DNA of 64,000 nucleotides, taken from the NCBI GenBank assembly GCA_973895155.1, contig OZ316893.1:23458015-23522014 (forward strand), given 5' to 3'. Of the stretch, positions 12,838 through 23,995 are shown in pieces (the stretch's first letter is position 1; the number at the start of each line of letters is the position of its first letter). Both the position numbers and the translations under genes were made by a program. The notes below the pieces were generated by a model. It saw only the letters and a list, made by a program, of their open reading frames with translations, did not search any database and was not told the DNA's origin. This stretch comes from Marsupella aquatica (Eukaryota; Plantae; Marchantiophyta).

Positions 12838-13990
12838 ATGTCTTCATCTTCTGAAATCTCCACCACAGACTCGTCCTCCTCTGATGAAGATACACCACCT
12901 CCACCTCAACATCACACGACCGCACCTCCTCCTCGCGGTCCACCCCGTCAACTTTGTGAATGTTCCAGATGTGTGGGTCAGGTTTCCCAAAAATCTTACA
13001 TATGTGCCCAACATATTGAGAGATATGGGCGTTGTGGACGTCATACGGCAGGGGCTTCTTCATCTCATATGGTAAGTGTTATGCCTTAGTTTTCCTACCC
13101 TATTCCCATTACTCAATGGTTGAAGGTTTGCAATTTCACACCTACTTTTGTTTGTTTTGGTTTCGGTGGAATAGGTATCCAATAGGCCTAGACCTGCGGC
13201 ACAAGCACCCTATGTCCCATCACAAGGTGTTCTAGATGCTATAGGCAATGCATTCTCAAAAGCCTTGGGTCTAGCGGCAAGGCCCACCAGTCCTAGGGAA
13301 GTTGGGGTTGAGGCTATTGTCCCAAGAGGGAGAAAGCGTTCCAAGAGGCGGGCCCGAGGGGATACTGATTTGTACAAGGCAGTGGTTACGGGTCGGTGGG
13401 GTGATTGTGAGTTCACTGGCAGATGTGTCCCTATCATCAAGGACTGGGATCCTGAGACTCTTGGTTTGCCACAACAGCTTTCCTACGGTGCGGAGGTAGA
13501 GGTTTGGGGTAGACGTTGGGTTATCAAACCTTCCACACTTGGGGATAGACATGGCTATGGAGTTTTTGCCTGTGAGGACATCATTGTGGATGCCGAGAGT
13601 GGTAGAGGTGGACGCGGCCGAGAGGGGCCTACTTTGTTTCCTTATGGTGGACCCATCTACAAGAGAAGACATTGGAACATGATCCTTGCACAACACCCTG
13701 AGTGGAAGACTTATGCATTGGACATGGATACTTTTGATGGAAACACTAGAAGGTATAGTGAGCAGCGTGTCATAGATGGGGACCCCATACGGACTGGGAA
13801 TATTGCTGGTTTCATAAACAGTACCGTGGGGACTCGCCCTAAGCGTAGGCAAAATTGTGAGTGGGTTTTCATTGAGGGTCCTCCACCAGCACCTTATGGC
13901 CAGACATATCATCATGACCATTGCCTAGTTGTAGCAACAAGGACCATTAACTCAGGGGATGAGTTATTTACTCACTATGAGTGGGATTAG
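12838..13990 (+). CDS. CACTA-encoded SET-domain protein (exons 12838-13071 and 13175-13990, ~349 aa)
   Basis: SET motifs: GYGVFACEDI, LFPYGG, IDGD...GNIAGFINS, NC, VVATRTINSGDELFTHY. Exon 1 (CECSRC...HIERYG) ends ATG|GTAAGT in phase 0. Acceptor TAG|GTA at 13174/13175 is in frame with the SET ORF. Confidence 0.85.
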
Positions 13991-14166
13991 GGTTAAGTTA
14001 AGGGTCATAGGTGGTATGTTGCATATCAAAGGGCACTACATATGGCCTTTGGCCACATTTTGTATTTGCACCACAACCAATATTATTTCATTTTTGCACA
14101 CCCCTAGCCCATTTTTGTGTGTGTTCTCTTTGCAATATAACTTTCAATTGTTTGCTTTGTTTTTAG

Positions 14167-17100
14167 AATGTGCGACCCTCTCCAAATATGTTACCACGGA
14201 GATTGAGAGCAACATATCGAGAAATGGGTATGCCAGAAGAAGGACATGGATCAGAGTCACACTCCTCATCAAGTGCTAGTGGAAGCAGTAACCCTGATGA
14301 AGAGGTACCTCGGACGGATGAACAAGTAACTGATGACCAGGATAGAGCCATGGATGACTTTATGGTTGATTGGTTTGGTGCCGACAACCTTGGTGATGAC
14401 CTTCCCAATGAAGGGCAGGTGCCCCCCAATGATCCACGCCCAAGGCATACCCCTGAGGGACAACGCCAATGGGAAGAAGCAGAGGAACATGCCCGAACAC
14501 CTATCTATGAGGGTGCTCGTTTGAGTCGTCTTTCAGCCATCTTGGGGTTGATGAACCTACAGGCCAAACACAAGGCAAGCAATGCCTTGTTATCTGATAT
14601 GTTTGCACTTTGCCATGACCTTATGTTGCCCACTGAGAATGTGTTGCCAGCAACTTGGAAGGAGGCAAAGAGTGTTCTCTCATCTATTGGCATGGAATAT
14701 CATATTGTTCATGCATGTGTGAATGATTGCATGTTATTTCATGGGGCCAATGCAAACATGACACAATGTACAACATGTGATGAGCCTCGCTATGACCCCA
14801 ACATGCTAACAAAGAAGGTGCCAAGGAAGGCTGTTCGTTGGTTTCCCATCATTCCTCGGTTGTTGCACATGTATCGGTGTTCTGACTTGGCAGAGTTGAT
14901 GGTATGGCATAAGACTCATCGATCAGAGTCTGGTGTCATGTGGTTGCCAGTTGACTCCCCTGCTCACAAACATATTGAGGCAACATGGCCAGACTTTGCA
15001 CATGATCCTCGCCATGTGAGGCTAGGATTGGCATCTGATGGAGTTAGCCCTCATTCACTTGGAGGAAAGGGGCAACCTACATCAGTTTGGCCTGTGGTTG
15101 TCATGAATTATAACCTCCCACCATGGCTATCCATGAAGAAGGGGTTCCTTTTATTGTCTTTGATTATCCCAGGTCCAAAAAAGGTGAAGAACTTTGACAC
15201 TTACTTGGCACTATTGGTTGGAGAACTTCAAAAATTATGGAATGGAGTGTGGGCATATGATGGCAGGAAAATTACAGGAGGTTTTCCACGTGTCTTTCAA
15301 TTGAGAGGGATCATTTGTTGGACAATGCATGACTATCCTGGTAAGATGACTTCCATGCCATTTGCAACCCTTCAATAATGTGTAGTTCCTATTGATGTTT
15401 CTCATGTGACAACCCTAACATAAAGTTTGCATGGTTTGATTTCTTCTATGTAAGCAGGGTTTGGTTTTGTCTCTGGATTGCAAACTCAGGGGTACAAAGC
15501 TTGCTCTACTTGTGGCCCAAGCTTAGAGGACATGGCCACATATTGTTCATGGATTAGAAAGATTGTTTATATTGGGCATACAAAGTTTCTTCCCATGGGG
15601 CATGAGATGAGGTTTGACCCACTTCTATTCTCCTCCTTTGACATGCCATTTGGTGATGAGCGTGAAATTCCTGATGCAACAAGTTTTGCACATTGGAAGT
15701 CACTAGCTAATAGGGTGGCAGACCCAAATGATTCCTTCACCTTTGATAGGACAGGTTTGACCAGGTGGAGTGTACTAGCCACTTTGCCCTATTGGTCTGA
15801 GTTGAAGATCCGCCATCTTTTAGACCCCATGCACATAGAGGGAAATGTGGGGAAGGCTTTGATAAAGCATTTTTATGGGGAGAAGGACACTAATTTTAGG
15901 GAGGCATGCGAGGAGATGGAAATGCATCCAGATGTTTGGGTGACAATTGATCCTATCACAGGTGTGGAGAATCGTCCTTCTGCTCCTTGGGTGTTGAGTG
16001 TTGGCCAAAGACGTGAATTTCGGAACCGTATAGGAGAGATGCGGTTTCCTACAGGCTATGGTGCCAACCTTTGAAAAGCTTTTGGGATGGAGGACAATCA
16101 CAAGTGGCCACGATATCTGAAGACACATGACTATCATCGCCTATTGCAGCATATATTGCCAGTGGCAATTATAGGTATAGGGAGTGAAGAAGTGCAAGAT
16201 GCCATCTGGTCATTGGGTCGTTTGTTGAGATGGATATGCTCAAAGGAGATATATGTAGAAGAGATCCCTGGGATGGAGGTATTGGCAGCTGAGGTGGTAT
16301 GCAAGTTGGAGAAAGCCCTTCCTCCTTCCTTCTTTGATTGTCAGGTTCATTTACTTGTGCATCTTGTGCGGGAGGTTGCCATTGCAGGTCCAATGCATTG
16401 TAGATGGATGTATTGGCTTGAGCGTTACATGGCGGTGTTGAAGGCTTATGTACGTAACCGTGCACGGGTGGAGGGAAGCATAGCTACAGGATACTTGGCA
16501 GCAGAGAGTATGTTTTATTGTAGTAACATCTTGGCCACCATTGATCCTACTTGTCCACGTACTTGGATGGAGGAAAGAGAAGAGGAGGAGGACTGTTTAA
16601 CAGGTGCCACAAAAACACGCATGTTGACATCAACAGAGTGGTCATAGTTGACAACATTTATGTTGAGTAATAGTAATATCATGGAGAAATGGAGAGAGTT
16701 TTATGAGAATGCCAAGAGAACAAGTCAAAGAGCAAGAATTTTTCCTAAGATGCATGAGTATATGAAGCAAAAGTTGCTTGAGTTGGATGACATGGTGACA
16801 CAAGGAGGAGATGTGTCCCACTTTCCTACCATCACAGATGACGTTCGGACCATTGTTCATGGCCCTTTGAGAGTGGTGACATCCAAGACGGCTATGTGGA
16901 CACAAGGGAGACACTTCAGGTCCACTAGTACCTAACCTTTCTTCCTCTATTAATTCATGTAGACCTTATTTTGATTAGTTATTTCTATTGTTTAAAAACT
17001 TTCTATTATCATTAATGACATCCATAACTGTAATGTTGGCTTCTATATTTATGCCATAGGCCATGTGGGTTTTGGCTATTTAGGGATGGGTGTCATATTT

Positions 17101-17659
17101 TGATGATTATTACATTAATGGTATCTTTTACAGTGTAATAAAAATTTGTGGGTTTTGTTAATTTTAGGGGGTTTCTTCCCTTGATGAGAAGAGGGGTCGT
17201 ACTTTTGATTGTGGAGTTCAAGGGGAATTTTCTCAAGACTCCAGAAGCAGCCGCCATGACAGGAACATTGTTAGAGATGTTGTGCCACACTATGGGAAGA
17301 TAGAGGAGATCTTGGTGGTATCATATGACAACCATTCAAAGTTTGAGGAATATGTCTTCAAGTGCAAGTGGTTCAAAGTGAACCTTGTTGGTCAAAATTG
17401 CACTGTACTTCAAGATGAGAGTGGGTTTACACGGTTGAAGACAAGTGCCACTAGTGTTCAAGCATCTCATTGGCAAACGTCAGAACCATTTGCTTTCCCA
17501 TCACACTTGGAGCAATGTTTCTACATTCCATACCCCTTAGACACCGAGTGGTCAATTGTCATCACCTATGTGCCACGTTCTCGTTCCATTGTTTCTGAGA
17601 AGCCAGATGTTATTGTATCAGACCTAGATGACCTTGAGGCCGATGAGGACCAAGTGTGA
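14167..17659 (+). pseudogene. CACTA TnpD/Tnp2 transposase (Transposase_21 + DUF4218 + DUF4216), with two nonsense codons
   Basis: Motifs HACVNDCMLF, WFPIIPRL, RHVRLGLASDGVSP, WPVVVMNYNLPPW, MHDYP|G, LDPMHIEGNV, LKTHDYH, PPSFFDCQVHLLVHL, RWMYWLER, HYGKIEEI, EPFAFP. Introns at 15341-15457 and ~16920-17167. In-frame stops at 16072-16074 and 16645-16647. Confidence 0.93.
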
Positions 17660-18335
17660 GGGACATATTTATATGCACTTGGGTCCAGCCTAGACATTTG
17701 TTCATGTTATATTTGATTTGTTCATGTTTGGTGATATAAAAAAAAGGATTGTCTATATTTATATTTGCCATTCACTTTTGAATGAGTCATACTCATGACA
17801 TATGTATTGTATTGTTTTATTGTGATCACTTGTGAATTTTACATGCAACTTTCTATCTAACCTCTGTTGCTCAATATAACTTTATTTCCTACTTATTCCA
17901 TAATTTTCATTCTCACCCTCGTGTTTCCCTCCTTCGTGGTACGTCTGTCCCTCCTCCTCCCTTCCTCTTTCTCCTCCCTCCTTCCTCTTCCATTGTACTC
18001 CCTCCCTTTTCCATCCTTCATTGTACCTCCCTCCATCCTCCCTTCCTCTTCCCTCCTGCCCCATCCATATATTGGACCATCCACCCTCTTTATTGTCTCA
18101 CCTCACAATAACCTTAATTTTTAGTTTGCGAACAATTTGCGAAGCTCACAAACTCTCACCGGACTCGCAATTTATATGAAGCTTCTCGTTTCTCAATATT
18201 TCCATACTACACTCTTCGCAAACTTGTGATGCAAAATCAATCACAAATTTCATATTTTCAGCGTTTCGCAAATCTTCCATCCTTCAACATTTTTAAACTT
18301 GTCAAACAACTACTATCGCAAAACATTTTCAATCC

Positions 18336-18532
18336 TGTTGTAATAGACAACTAAAGGAACACTCAAAGATACTCCAACAAGATAGATTCATTACTATTGA
18401 TGAGGGGATATATATATCCCCTTGGTTACATGGTAGGCAAATGCCCTTATACTGGTCCTATGGTTAGGAGTTCTCATACTATGGTTAAGGGTTCTCGCCC
18501 TATGGTTAAGGGGTAAACTAGGGTTTACAACA
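18336..18532 (-). repeat. copia 3' LTR
   Basis: Identical by eye to 24013-24209. Confidence 0.95.
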
Positions 18533-19036
18533 CTCCCCCTTGGTTAGTTTATGGAGGAGCATAAAGTAACCACATCTCTTGAACCTAGGGTATAATCCGG
18601 TTTAGGGGTCCACCTGTGTGATGTAGCCTCATTAAAACCTCGCCGCTTTCTTCTCGAGGAAAGAGTGCTACCATCACTTATATAGGTGGTTTCCCATATC
18701 TAATGTCCTGGTTAAGCCTTTTTGCCATGTCTTAGTTAGTGTTAATCGTATGTGCTAAGTGGGGTTATGTGAATGTTCCTAATGGGTGTCTAGTCTCCCC
18801 CTCAGCTCGTTGCCTGGTGTGCGCCTCGTGTTGTTCTTCATGTCGTTTTGCGTATTGCGCTTCGCTTCGTGTTGTGCTTTGGGTTAGTGAGGCCAAGTCG
18901 GGCGTTTTTGCGTTGGTTTGCGTTGTTTCACGTCGGGGATGTGGTGTGGCGCTCGCCGAGTGTGGTGGTCGGGCATCTGGAGGCGGCTTCATCGGGCGAC
19001 AGCTTCGTCGTTGGGTAATCCTTTCGAGCTTCAGTG

Positions 19037-20614
19037 TTATGAGGTGGGCTTGATCGTGGACAATCTGCTCATGCCTATGCCTTCGAGGTGCGCTCTGTGC
19101 AATCCGGCTGGTAGTGGTTTCGTAAACATGTCTGCTCGATTGTCCTGAGATTTGATCCATGCAACATTGATACTTTTCCCTTGTTGTTCTTGCGTGAAGA
19201 AATACTTGGGGTCAATATGCTTGGTCCTCTCGGTCTTCAGGATTCCGTTGGTTATCTGGTCGATACACGCCTTATTGTCTTCGTAGATTGTGGTTGGCTC
19301 TGTTATCTGTGGTTTACCGGTGCTGGACCTAATATGATTGATAATGCTTCGTAGCCATACAGCTTCTCTGCACGCCTCGTATAACGCTATGATTTCCGAG
19401 TGGTTGGATGACGTTGTGGTCATTGTTTGCTTTGAACTTCGCCAAGATATTGCTGTCGTCCCCTGTAAGAACACGTACCCAGTCTGTGATTTGGAGTCCT
19501 GGGGGTCCGACAGGTAGCCGGCATCAGTGTAACCGGTAAGCGTATCGGGGCTATTCTTAGGAAAGAATAGTCCAAGGTCGATCGTCCCTTGTAGGTATCT
19601 CATGATCCTCTTGATGCCGTTCCAATGCCTGATGGTGGGCTGTGCTCTGTGTCTCGCTAAGAGACTGACGGCGAACGATATGTCAGGTCTCGTCTGGTTC
19701 GCTAGATACATAAGGGCGCCCACCGCTGATAGGTACGGTTTTTCTGATCCCAGTATGGGTTCGTCTTCTTGGCGCTTCCGAAACATATCTTTGATCGGGT
19801 CTAGAGATCTGAGTTCCATCGGGGTGGAGACAGGGTAGGATTTCTGCATGTTGAATTGATGAAGTATCTTCTGCGTGTATGTCGATTGGTAAAGGAATAT
19901 GCCTGTTTCTAAGTGTTCGATCTGCAGGCCTAGGCAGTGGTTGGGTCTTCCAAGGTCCTTCATCTCGAAGACTCCTTTCAGTGTATGTATTGTGTCTTTC
20001 ATCATCTGTTTAGTCCCGAATAAGTTCACATCGTCCACGTACAGTGCTAGTATCAGGACTTCGTCCATATGCTTTTTGATGAAGATGCAGGGGGCCAGTC
20101 CGCTATTTGTAAATCCGAGGGCGAGCATCTCTGTCTGGAATTTCTGATACCAGATTCTGCCGCTCTGTTTAAGTCCGTTGATGGAACGTAACACTTGGAC
20201 TGTAAGTTTTGTTGTTAATTTCTTTCCTCTGGTATGCATTGCCTGTGTATTTCCACTTTGCATCAAGAGGGCCTTTGTATCCCCATCAGGTATTATTTGG
20301 CTGATGCCCTTTTTAATCTCTGTATTCAGGTTCTGGGACGTCTCCCCCTGAATGTGCTGCTTGACCCTCTCTATCAGTTCCGGGGGGGCAGTCATGTATA
20401 TCTCAGTATCGAGTGTGCCGTAAAGGTACGCGGTTACCACGTCCATAAGGTTATTAACCAGTTTATGGTGGACTGAATGTGCTGTGAGATAGCGATATGT
20501 AGTAGCGTCCATTACTGGTGAGTATGTTAAATCGTAGTCCCTGCCCGGGATTTGTGTGTAGCCTTTGGCTACTAGCCGGGCTCGATATCTTACTACTATG
20601 CCTTTCTCATTTCG
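19037..20614 (-). CDS. copia reverse transcriptase-RNase H (separate frame)
   Basis: RYRARLVAKGYTQ, MDVVTAYLYG, LYVDD, GYTDAGY, SSNHSEIIAL, YEDNKAC, RTKHI, ADMFTK. Confidence 0.92.
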   Translation of the reverse strand, partial: RNEKGIVVRYRARLVAKGYTQIPGRDYDLTYSPVMDATTYRYLTAHSVHHKLVNNLMDVVTAYLYGTLDTEIYMTAPPELIERVKQHIQGETSQNLNTEIKKGISQIIPDGDTKALLMQSGNTQAMHTRGKKLTTKLTVQVLRSINGLKQSGRIWYQKFQTEMLALGFTNSGLAPCIFIKKHMDEVLILALYVDDVNLFGTKQMMKDTIHTLKGVFEMKDLGRPNHCLGLQIEHLETGIFLYQSTYTQKILHQFNMQKSYPVSTPMELRSLDPIKDMFRKRQEDEPILGSEKPYLSAVGALMYLANQTRPDISFAVSLLARHRAQPTIRHWNGIKRIMRYLQGTIDLGLFFPKNSPDTLTGYTDAGYLSDPQDSKSQTGYVFLQGTTAISWRSSKQTMTTTSSNHSEIIALYEACREAVWLRSIINHIRSSTGKPQITEPTTIYEDNKACIDQITNGILKTERTKHIDPKYFFTQEQQGKSINVAWIKSQDNRADMFTKPLPAGLHRAHLEGIGMSRLSTIKPTS

Positions 20615-23600
20615 TTTTTTTTCAAGAATGTAAATCGAGAGTCGGTGTAATGTGTACCTGGTAATGCCATTTTAAATGGTCCGAATACTTGTCGCTTGAT
20701 GAGGGCGTCCATCTCGGTATGTATTGCTGCTTGCCACTTTGGCCAATCTGGTTGTTTCTTTGCCTCGTTTATAGTGAGCGGATCAGGAATATCGTTGGTG
20801 ATTTCCTGTATTACGTTATAGGCAAATTGTTCATCAATTTGGGTTGTCGGTCGTTTATATATGTTACCTGTTTGCATGTATGTGATTGACATTTCCTCGT
20901 TTTCTTCACTCAGTGGGTCGTTTTGATTTATCGCTGTCACGTTAAGTGTGATCGCTGGTTCCAGCGCGGGTGTACCCAAGTTTGCTGCTGGAGTTTTACG
21001 TTGGCGAGGCTGGGAGTCCTTGATCCCTGGTGGTCTGCCTCGCTTTGCTCTGGGGGCTGTTACATTGGCCGGTGTCGAGGAGGTTTGTACTCGCGATGGC
21101 GCATTAGCTGCTAAGTTGTGGGATCTTGTGACATTTGCAGCGTCGTTAAATGAGTCTGGAATCTTTTCGAGCATTTCATGTAGGTGGAGAAGTCTTCTGA
21201 CTTCTTCGTCTGCCTGCTTGGTTCTGGGGTCATTTCTGTTTTGGTCTGCTTTCCAATTTATGGGCATTTTCGTTGTGTCCTTGGATTGTGTTGATGCTGT
21301 ATTCGTGAGCTGTGGGAATTGATCTTCATAAAAATGGCAGTCCTGATGTCTTGCCTTGAACAGGTCTGCCGTAGTCGGTTCAAGGTATCTAATGATCGAA
21401 GTAGAGTCAAACCCAACATAGATACCTGCATTCCGTTGGGGTCCGAGTTTTGTTCTCTTTGGTCCTAAGATAGGCACCATTACCTGGCATCCGAAAATGC
21501 GTAGGTGGGACAGGTCCGGTGGTATGCCGAACGCCAGGTGGTATGTTGTCTTAGAGTTATATGCTGACGGTCTATATTGGATTAGTGCAGCTGCGTGAAG
21601 GATGGCATGTCCCCATGCTGATGTGGGTAAGTTTGACTTCATTAACAGTGGTCTTGCCACCATTTGAAGTCTCTTAATAACCGACTCAGCTATACCGTTC
21701 TGAAAATGAACGTGGGGAACTGGATATTGAGTATCGATGCCCGCTGCCCAGCAAAAGTCGTCGAATGTTCTTGATGTGAACTCGCCAGCTCCATCTACTC
21801 TTAATCTTCTTGTAGGATACTCTGGGAACTGTGCTCTTAATTTAAGAATATGTGCTAAGATCCGCGCAAATGCCAAGTTGCGGGTAGATAGCAATGAAAT
21901 CTGCAGCCATTTAGTTGATGAGTCGATGATTACCAGGAAATATTTGAAAGGGCCGCTCGGGGGGTCTATAGGTCCGCAGATATCTGCATTGATCTGCTCT
22001 AGGAACTGTGGTATTGAAAATATTGTTTTTGGTATTGATGGTCGTATGGTCATTTTTCCTTGTGAGCACGCTATGCAGGCTGTTTTTACCTTTGGCTTGA
22101 CTGTCTTGGGGATTCCTTTGGAGTCCCTTATAATCCTGTTGTACATAGTGGTACCCGGGTGGCCCAGTCGACAGTGCCAGATGTATGTCATATCCTCTGA
22201 TTCTTGGTGTATATGGAATGTTTGGATACTGGTTGCGTATAGGCCTGGGGGGATCAATGCAAATGTTTCTTTAATGGATGGCTTACCCTGTATGTCTTGT
22301 ATGATCTGTAATGTCTCTGTTTTGCCCTGAGTATTCGTGCGCAGTTGGAGGTTATTGGATCTGATATCCTGGAAGCTGATGAGGTTTCGGGTTGCTTTCG
22401 GGGCATAAATTGCTGACTTCACGGTGATTTTAGTTCCTCCTGGTAGTATAAATGTGGCTCGTCCTTTGCCTTCTTCTATATGATTAAGTCCTGCTATGGT
22501 GGTGATAGCGCGGGATGATGGGGTGATGGCCTCGAAATACTTGCTGTGTTTTAAGATAGTATGTGAGGTTCCGCTGTCGATGATGCCCGTATCGGGGTCG
22601 TCTAATGTCGGGTATTTCCAGTCAGTAAGAGAGGTATGTACTTCTATCTGTTCTTGTGTTTCTTCTCTCTGAGAGGCAATCAATTCTTCTTCTATCTCCA
22701 TATAATGTCCTTGGGGGTTTTGTCTGGACTTATTTCTGTCGTTTATGTATCTGTGGGCCTCTTGTTCTGTGGCTGCACATGCGTTTCTAATGTGGCCAAT
22801 TTTGCCACATCGGTAACACATTTTCTGGGAATTGTTTGCAGTGTCGTATTGGTTGCTTCGTCCTCTTCCTCTATTATTCATGGTGCCTCTGCGCCACGTG
22901 TTATTGGATCCGGAGGGTCGGTTATAAGGTTTGCCTTGTCCTCTGAATTGATTTCTCCCGCCCCTGAATTGGTTTCTTCCGCCTCTGAATTGAGTTCGTC
23001 CGCCCCGGTAATTTCCTCGTTGTTTGTCTTCATAATTGGTGTAGTGGGTTTCAGGTCGATGTGGTGGGGGGTCTGATCCTGCTGGGCGCTTTCTGGCGTT
23101 TTGCAAGGCCACGATCTGTTGCTTCTCTTCCACAAGTAAGTGAGCAATCAGATCTGAGTACTTAGTGAAACGCATGTTCCTATATTGTGTACCTAATGTG
23201 ATATTAGATTCAGGGAATGTCGATAGTGTCTTATCGATTCTATCTATGTCATTTATTGGATGTCCACACATTTCTAATTGAGATGTAATTCTGCACAGTG
23301 CGCTATTGTAATTGGCAATTGTGGTGTGGTCCATGACGCGCAGGTTATGCCAATCCCTTCTTGCCTCTGGGAGCCATATCTCCCTCATATGATCAAATCG
23401 GGCTTTGAGGAGATCCCATAGTTTTCTTGGATTAATTTCGTTCATATACTCATTCTTTAGTTGAGGGGTTAGATGTTGCCTGAGTAGAAACGCTGCCTTA
23501 GCCTTTTGTTTGAGCGTGACATCGATGTCGGTATCTAAGGTGTCTTCAAGGTCTTGTGATGTAAAGTAAGTTTCGACATCTGTGATCCACGTCAAATAGT

Positions 23601-23766
23601 TGGATCCGTCGACTTTAAGTGCTGGCCATAATAATTTTTCGACTGTATTCATTATTCGGGATGTCAGTTGATTTAAGAACTTTGGTGAAGATTGAATCGA
23701 GTGAAGTATCTCGATTGTACAATTGACCGGTTGGAAGCTTGTATATGGAGCTGAGGGAGCTTTCAA
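20596..23766 (-). CDS. copia gag-protease-integrase polyprotein (first ATG at 23652)
   Basis: CCHC knuckle CYRCGKIGHIRNAC, protease IIDSGTSHT, HHCC WHCRLGHPG...CIAC, integrase core RVDGAGEF / QNGIAE. The frame is lost at an A8 run at the start of RT. Confidence 0.92.
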   Translation of the reverse strand: MKAPSAPYTSFQPVNCTIEILHSIQSSPKFLNQLTSRIMNTVEKLLWPALKVDGSNYLTWITDVETYFTSQDLEDTLDTDIDVTLKQKAKAAFLLRQHLTPQLKNEYMNEINPRKLWDLLKARFDHMREIWLPEARRDWHNLRVMDHTTIANYNSALCRITSQLEMCGHPINDIDRIDKTLSTFPESNITLGTQYRNMRFTKYSDLIAHLLVEEKQQIVALQNARKRPAGSDPPPHRPETHYTNYEDKQRGNYRGGRTQFRGGRNQFRGGRNQFRGQGKPYNRPSGSNNTWRRGTMNNRGRGRSNQYDTANNSQKMCYRCGKIGHIRNACAATEQEAHRYINDRNKSRQNPQGHYMEIEEELIASQREETQEQIEVHTSLTDWKYPTLDDPDTGIIDSGTSHTILKHSKYFEAITPSSRAITTIAGLNHIEEGKGRATFILPGGTKITVKSAIYAPKATRNLISFQDIRSNNLQLRTNTQGKTETLQIIQDIQGKPSIKETFALIPPGLYATSIQTFHIHQESEDMTYIWHCRLGHPGTTMYNRIIRDSKGIPKTVKPKVKTACIACSQGKMTIRPSIPKTIFSIPQFLEQINADICGPIDPPSGPFKYFLVIIDSSTKWLQISLLSTRNLAFARILAHILKLRAQFPEYPTRRLRVDGAGEFTSRTFDDFCWAAGIDTQYPVPHVHFQNGIAESVIKRLQMVARPLLMKSNLPTSAWGHAILHAAALIQYRPSAYNSKTTYHLAFGIPPDLSHLRIFGCQVMVPILGPKRTKLGPQRNAGIYVGFDSTSIIRYLEPTTADLFKARHQDCHFYEDQFPQLTNTASTQSKDTTKMPINWKADQNRNDPRTKQADEEVRRLLHLHEMLEKIPDSFNDAANVTRSHNLAANAPSRVQTSSTPANVTAPRAKRGRPPGIKDSQPRQRKTPAANLGTPALEPAITLNVTAINQNDPLSEENEEMSITYMQTGNIYKRPTTQIDEQFAYNVIQEITNDIPDPLTINEAKKQPDWPKWQAAIHTEMDALIKRQVFGPFKMALPGTHYTDSRFTFLKKNEMRKA

Positions 23767-23995
23767 TCATGCCAATAAAGTATTAGTCCTTTGGACTCTC
23801 GATATGCTGGTCCCGAATTGGTGCTCTATGTGAAATTTCGTGTTTTGTAAAAAAAATTCAACTCTGAGGCAAAAGAATGGAGACCAAGAAAAAAAACGGT
23901 TATGGCAGTTTCTAAAAAAAAATGCCACTTTACGAGCATTCTCCTCGTGTAAAACTCGATTGCATCTGCTTGAAAAAAAATGATTTTTAGAGACT

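Noticed and set aside
13271-13921. 216-aa minus-strand ORF
   Set aside because: Antisense shadow of the SET exon.
17880-18090. Pyrimidine-rich tract with short ORFs
   Set aside because: Low-complexity CT-rich sequence downstream of the CACTA transposase.
18765-19160. 131-aa ORF after copia pol as an env-like gene
   Set aside because: It overlaps RNase H, is low complexity and has no transmembrane segment; probably 3' UTR.
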